Shown piece after piece: positions 59,265 through 64,000 of a DNA stretch of 64,000 bases. Position numbers and translations under genes: made by a program. The stretch covers positions 87,660-151,659 of the forward strand of contig JAWLBL010000003.1 of the NCBI GenBank assembly GCA_041687695.1, given 5' to 3'. Under the pieces are notes generated by a model that was given only the letters and a program-made list of their open reading frames with translations, searched no databases and was not told the DNA's origin. The stretch comes from Myxococcota bacterium. GTDB lineage: Bacteria; Myxococcota_A; UBA9042; PHBI01; JAWLBL01. How positions within the stretch are numbered: the first letter of the stretch is position 1; each line of letters begins with the position of its first letter.

Positions 59265-62200
59265 ATGTCCGAGCTGACGTGTGGCAGGGCTGCGAGGGCG
59301 CGGAACGTGACGCGGGCGCTGGCCCTGCTGGGTCTGGTGGGCCTGCTGGGTGTGGCGGGCTGCAGCGACTCGAACGCGGGGGGCGAGGGCAAGGAGGACG
59401 CCAAGATCGGCGAGCCCGACGTGACGCAGGGCGGCGATCAGGGCAGCGGGGGCGCGGACGTCGCGCCCGATCGGGGGCCGAGCGGGCCGGACGCCGACGC
59501 GGGCGAGCCCGGTGGCGAGGACGCCGTCGAGGAGGACACGGGCCCCGCCCAGCCGGGTGAGTTCGGCTACCCCTGCGAGGGCCCCGACGAGTGCAACTCG
59601 GGCTATTGCATCAGCAGCCCGACCGGGAAGGTGTGCTCGAAGACGTGCCTCGAGTCCTGTCCGTCGGGGTGGGCGTGCCGCAGCACGACCCTGGAGACCG
59701 GCAACCCGGTGTTCCTGTGCGTGAGCGTCGCGGCCACGCTGTGCAACCCGTGCAGCAGCAACAAGGACTGCAACCCGGTCGTGTCGGCGAGCCCCAACCT
59801 GTGTCTGTCCTATGGCGTCGAGGGCAGCTTCTGCGGCATGGCGTGTGGCCCCAAGGGGCATCCGTGCCCGGCGGGGTACAGCTGCCAGTCGGTCCAGGGG
59901 CCGGGGGGCGTGGCCAGCGAGCAGTGCGTGGCCGACGCGGGGCAGTGCTCGTGCAACGCCATCGGCGTGGAGACCGGGGCCAGCACGAGCTGTGGCGTCG
60001 CCAACGAGCACGGCGTGTGTCCCGGGACGCGCGCCTGTGGGGCGGACGGGCTGACGGCGTGCGAGGGGCAGAGCCCGGCGGCCGAGACGTGCAACTCCAT
60101 GGACGACGACTGCGACGGCAAGATCGACGAGGACATCGTCGGCGAGGCCTGCCCGTTGGTGAACGAGCACGGGACCTGCATGGGGGTCGAGTCGTGCGTC
60201 GACGGCGGGATCGTGTGCACGGGGACGGCGGCCAGCGTCGAGGTGTGCAACGGCGTGGACGACGACTGCAACGGGTCCACCGACGAGGGCTTCTTGGACA
60301 CCGACCTGGACGGCGTCGCCGACTGCGTGGACCTCGACGACGACGGCGACGGGGCGCCCGACGCCATCGACTGCGCGCCGACCGATCCGGCGGTGCACCC
60401 GGGCGCGACCGAGGTCTGCGACGGCCTCGACCAGGACTGCGACGGCCTGACCGACGAGCAGGACAGCGAGGGCTGCACGGTCTTCTACCAGGACAAGGAC
60501 GGCGACGGGTTCGGCAGCGCCACGGCGCCGCCCCGCTGCCTGTGCGGGGCGGACACGGCGTCGTTCTACACGGTCGCCAACGCCGAGGACTGCTACGACC
60601 TCAGCGCCGACGCCTTCCCGGGCGGCGTCGAGGTGTGCAACGGCGTCGACGACGACTGCGACGGCGAGACGGACGAGGGGTTCGCGGCCGAGCCGTGCTC
60701 GAACTCGAACGCGCACGGGACGTGCGCGGGCACGCGGCTGTGTCAGGGTGGCGTGCTGAGCTGTGTCGGGCCGACGCCCAAGGCCGAGATCTGCAACGGC
60801 CTCGACGACGACTGCGACGGGCAGACCGACGAGGGCGTGCCCGACACGGACGGCGACGGCCTGCACGACTGCGAGGACGACGACGACGACAACGACGGCT
60901 TCCTGGATCTCGTCGACTGCGCCCCCCTGGACGCGGCGGTCTACCCGGGCGCGCCCGAGGTGTGCAACGGCAAGGACGACGACTGCGACGGGCTGGTCGA
61001 CGAGGCGGGCGCCCAGGGCTGCTCGCCGTACTACCAGGACGCCGACGGCGACGGCGTGGGCTCCAGCTCGGTCGAGGCGTCCTGCCTGTGTCAGCCGAAC
61101 CCGGCGAGCTTCTTCACGGCCACGGCGGCGGGCGACTGCAACGACATCGACCCGGCGGTCAGGCCCGGCGCGCCCGAGGTGTGCAACTTCAAGGACGACG
61201 ACTGTGACGGCGAGATCGACGAGGGCGTCGCCTCGCCCTGCGGGACGTGCTCGTCCGTGTGCGTCATCGAGCTGGGCCAGGACAAGCCCGAGCCGGTGGA
61301 GCCGACGGTCGAGAACTCGAGCGGCCTCACCAAGACGCCCGACGGCGGGCTGACGCTGGACACGTCGACCTTCGAGCTGCCGTTCATCTGGATCGCGAAC
61401 TCGGCCGAGAACACGGTCTCGAAGCTGAACACGACCAACGGCTGCGAGGTTGCGCGCTACAACGTGTGCCCGAACCCCAGCCGCACCGCGGTGGATCTCG
61501 CCGGCAACGGCATCATCTCGTGCCGCGACGACGGCGGCGTGGGCAAGGTGGCCGTCTTCGAGGTCGACTGCGTCGACAAGAACGGCAACGGGCAGATCGA
61601 CACGTCGCGCGACGTGAACAACGACTGCACCATCTCGAACCAGGAGATGGTCGCCAACGACGAGTGCATCGTCTGGAGCGTCAAGCCCGACGGCGGCAAC
61701 ACGGTCGGCTGCGGCTCGAGCGGCACCGGCTGCGCCCGCTCGGCCGGCGTGGACAAGGACAACAACGTCTGGGTCGGCTTCTGGAACTCGAAGAACCTGC
61801 GTCAGATGAACGGCGCCAACGGCCAGACGCTCAAGACCTTCGCCATGCCGGTGCGGCCGTACGGCCTCGCCATCGACGCCGACCAGAACATCTGGGTCGC
61901 CTCGCGCGAGCCGACGCACCTCGCGCTCATCCACCCGGAGACGGGCTTCGTCGAGAGCTGGCCGGTGCCCAACGGCGTCTACGGCCTTGCCATCGACCCG
62001 CTGGGCAAGGTGTGGGTGGCCGGCGGCGAGGGCGGCGGCGTGTCGCGCTTCGACCCCGACACCGAGACCTGGCAGACCTGGGACAACTTCAACCGCGGCT
62101 ATGCGCGCGGCGTCGCCGTCAGCGTCGAGCGCGACGACGCGGGCAACGTCACCGACAGCAAGGTCTACGTGACGCACCACACCTGGAGCGCCTGCAACCA

Positions 62201-62777
62201 GGACCAGGGCAAGCACCGCTACGTCACCGTCATCGACGCGCTGACGCTCGAGACCCTGCCGACCCTCGACCTGGGCGCCGACCGCGCGCCGGTGGGCGCC
62301 GCCATCGACGCCGCGGGCTACCTGTGGACCGTCAACCAATGCGAGGGAAGCGCCACCAAGCTCGACGTGACCACCGGGCAGATCGTGAACAACTACCCGG
62401 TCGGCATCGGCCCCTACACCTACAGCGACATGACGGGCTACGCCCTCAAGACCATCACCTCGGGCTCCGGCTACTTCCGCAAGCTCTTCGAGGGGTGGAC
62501 CGGCTCCGAGACCCTGTGGGACCAGCTGGTCGTCGTGGCCGACCTCCCCGGCGACGGGGTCACCTGGGTCGAGGTGCGCTACCGCGTCGCGGCCACCAAG
62601 GACGCCCTGAAGACCACCAGCTGGAAGGGCCCGTTCGGCCCGTACCCGCCCGAGCACTTCCCGCTCCAGCTCGGCGAGACCGCCAACTTCCTCGAGGTCG
62701 AGGTCGGCCTGTTCACGGCCACGCCGTCCATCAAACCCACGTTGAAGAGCATCACGGCCATTGCCTACCAGAAGTAG
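59265..62777 (+). CDS. Large Cys/Asp-rich lipoprotein with putative metal-binding repeats and a Vgb-like beta-propeller
   Basis: Lipobox VAGC; multiple E.CNG.DDDCDG..DE repeats; [22 protein letters not shown] propeller region. Confidence 0.9.
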   Translation: MSELTCGRAARARNVTRALALLGLVGLLGVAGCSDSNAGGEGKEDAKIGEPDVTQGGDQGSGGADVAPDRGPSGPDADAGEPGGEDAVEEDTGPAQPGEFGYPCEGPDECNSGYCISSPTGKVCSKTCLESCPSGWACRSTTLETGNPVFLCVSVAATLCNPCSSNKDCNPVVSASPNLCLSYGVEGSFCGMACGPKGHPCPAGYSCQSVQGPGGVASEQCVADAGQCSCNAIGVETGASTSCGVANEHGVCPGTRACGADGLTACEGQSPAAETCNSMDDDCDGKIDEDIVGEACPLVNEHGTCMGVESCVDGGIVCTGTAASVEVCNGVDDDCNGSTDEGFLDTDLDGVADCVDLDDDGDGAPDAIDCAPTDPAVHPGATEVCDGLDQDCDGLTDEQDSEGCTVFYQDKDGDGFGSATAPPRCLCGADTASFYTVANAEDCYDLSADAFPGGVEVCNGVDDDCDGETDEGFAAEPCSNSNAHGTCAGTRLCQGGVLSCVGPTPKAEICNGLDDDCDGQTDEGVPDTDGDGLHDCEDDDDDNDGFLDLVDCAPLDAAVYPGAPEVCNGKDDDCDGLVDEAGAQGCSPYYQDADGDGVGSSSVEASCLCQPNPASFFTATAAGDCNDIDPAVRPGAPEVCNFKDDDCDGEIDEGVASPCGTCSSVCVIELGQDKPEPVEPTVENSSGLTKTPDGGLTLDTSTFELPFIWIANSAENTVSKLNTTNGCEVARYNVCPNPSRTAVDLAGNGIISCRDDGGVGKVAVFEVDCVDKNGNGQIDTSRDVNNDCTISNQEMVANDECIVWSVKPDGGNTVGCGSSGTGCARSAGVDKDNNVWVGFWNSKNLRQMNGANGQTLKTFAMPVRPYGLAIDADQNIWVASREPTHLALIHPETGFVESWPVPNGVYGLAIDPLGKVWVAGGEGGGVSRFDPDTETWQTWDNFNRGYARGVAVSVERDDAGNVTDSKVYVTHHTWSACNQDQGKHRYVTVIDALTLETLPTLDLGADRAPVGAAIDAAGYLWTVNQCEGSATKLDVTTGQIVNNYPVGIGPYTYSDMTGYALKTITSGSGYFRKLFEGWTGSETLWDQLVVVADLPGDGVTWVEVRYRVAATKDALKTTSWKGPFGPYPPEHFPLQLGETANFLEVEVGLFTATPSIKPTLKSITAIAYQK

Positions 62778-64000
62778 CCGGCTGCTCCCTCGCCTGTCCC
62801 TGCTGGCCGCCGCGGCTGGGCTCGCCTCGATGAGCCCGGCCGCGAGCGCCGACGAGCCCGACTACGGGACGGTCATCACCCCGCTGCGTGGCCCCGGCTC
62901 GGCGTTCGACGTCGACCGCTCGGTCTACGTCCTGGGCGACGACCAGCTGCGCGAGCTGCAGCCCATGGACCCGGTCGAGGCCATCGAAGCGCTGCCCGGC
63001 GTCCAACCCCAGCGGACCCAACGCGGCGCCGGCGCGCCCATCTTGCGCGGCCTCATCGGCCCGCAGAACCTCATCCTGGTCGACGGCGTGCGCCTGAGCA
63101 CCTCGATCTACCGCACCGGCCCCAACCAGTACGCCGCGCTGGTCGACCCGATGGCGCTCGAGGCCGTCGAGGTCGTGCTCGGCCCCGGCTCGGTGCTGTA
63201 CGGCTCGGACGCCCTCGGCGGGACGGTCGCCTACCACACCCTCGCCCTGCCGGACGAGGAGGGCTGGTGGGGCCGCACCACGGCGCGCTTCGCGTCGGCG
63301 GACCTGGGGCGGGCGCTGGGGCTGACGGCCGGCGGCCGCAAGGGTGCAGTCGCCGGCTGGCTCGGCGGCGCCTTCCGCATGCACGGCGCGCTGCGCACGG
63401 GCGACGGCGAGTCCCTGCCCAACAGCGACTACCTCGAGGGCGACTGGCGCGCCAAGCTGGGCGCCGATCTCGGGCGCGGCTGGCGCGTCACGGGCACCTG
63501 GCTGGGCACCCGCCTGCCCGACGCGGTGCGCATGGACACCATCGGCCAGGGCGACCAGCGCGAGTACGACAACCTGGACCAGCTGGCCTTCATCGACCTG
63601 CGGCGCGTCCGCCCGCGCGCGCTGGTCAGCGACGTGGGCCTCACGTTGGGCTACCACCACGTCACCGACCGGGTGGACCGCTACCTCTGCGAGACCGACG
63701 CCGACGACGTCGTGCTGGATCTGGCGGCCTGCCGCGACCGCGAGCGCGCGCAGCTCGAGGCCACCCGACGCACCATCGACACGGTCGACGCCCTGACCGG
63801 CTCGGCGACCCTGACGCTGCAGGGCCCCGACCGGCGCTTCCGCGTCATCACCGGCCTCGACGGCACCCACGAGTGGATCGGCAGTCAACGCTGGGACGGC
63901 CGCCCCGACGCCGACTTCGCCCTGGTCCGCCGCGATCGCGGCAACTTCTCCGACGGCTCGACCCATGGCTCGCTAGGCGCCTTCGCGCACGGCGAGGGGC
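62761..64000 (+). CDS. TonB-dependent receptor (3'-truncated; missing from the ORF track)
   Basis: TTG at 62761 gives signal peptide [30 protein letters not shown]; plug motifs [40 protein letters not shown]; frame appears open to the window end. Confidence 0.9.
   Translation, partial: MPTRSSRLLPRLSLLAAAAGLASMSPAASADEPDYGTVITPLRGPGSAFDVDRSVYVLGDDQLRELQPMDPVEAIEALPGVQPQRTQRGAGAPILRGLIGPQNLILVDGVRLSTSIYRTGPNQYAALVDPMALEAVEVVLGPGSVLYGSDALGGTVAYHTLALPDEEGWWGRTTARFASADLGRALGLTAGGRKGAVAGWLGGAFRMHGALRTGDGESLPNSDYLEGDWRAKLGADLGRGWRVTGTWLGTRLPDAVRMDTIGQGDQREYDNLDQLAFIDLRRVRPRALVSDVGLTLGYHHVTDRVDRYLCETDADDVVLDLAACRDRERAQLEATRRTIDTVDALTGSATLTLQGPDRRFRVITGLDGTHEWIGSQRWDGRPDADFALVRRDRGNFSDGSTHGSLGAFAHGEG

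Overview
Very GC-rich chromosomal window whose gene content (Ser/Thr kinases with PEGA partners, Cys-rich lipoproteins, a TraB-like OmpA/TSP3 protein, CHAT/TPR proteins) is typical of Myxococcota; this taxon call is an inference. About 43 real genes can be supported, and most of the long ORFs in the track are antisense or shadow frames. In order: partial murB; a double-AAA ATPase; a split DUF2267 protein; a lamin-tail/methyltransferase and Wzx/CotH surface cluster; three co-oriented exported cell-wall-hydrolase-like genes with two divergent paralogous lipoproteins; an HPF-CSD fusion; a five-gene MoxR-DUF58-VWA operon; an HNH nuclease preceded by ~1.4 kb of hairpin-rich non-coding DNA that includes a tandem 233-bp REPIN/MITE-like element; a TPR-SLT lytic transglycosylase; Uma2; a catalytic-only E2 acyltransferase; mpg; a 166-bp MITE sitting on a stop codon; a BtuFCD-like ABC transporter; EAL; plsC; a metallophosphoesterase; USP; kinase-GNAT-CHAT; TPR-M48; kinase-PEGA-LamG; OmpA/TSP3; TPR; Sel1; a Cys-rich lipoprotein; and a partial TonB-dependent receptor. 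No rRNA, tRNA or CRISPR array was seen. The best leads are the HNH plus structured-DNA island (27.1-29.65 kb), the exported hydrolase triad with candidate partner lipoproteins (11.7-17.5 kb), the non-autonomous elements, and kb-scale GC-skew domains that appear independent of gene orientation. All domain calls come from motif recognition by eye, not from database searches.
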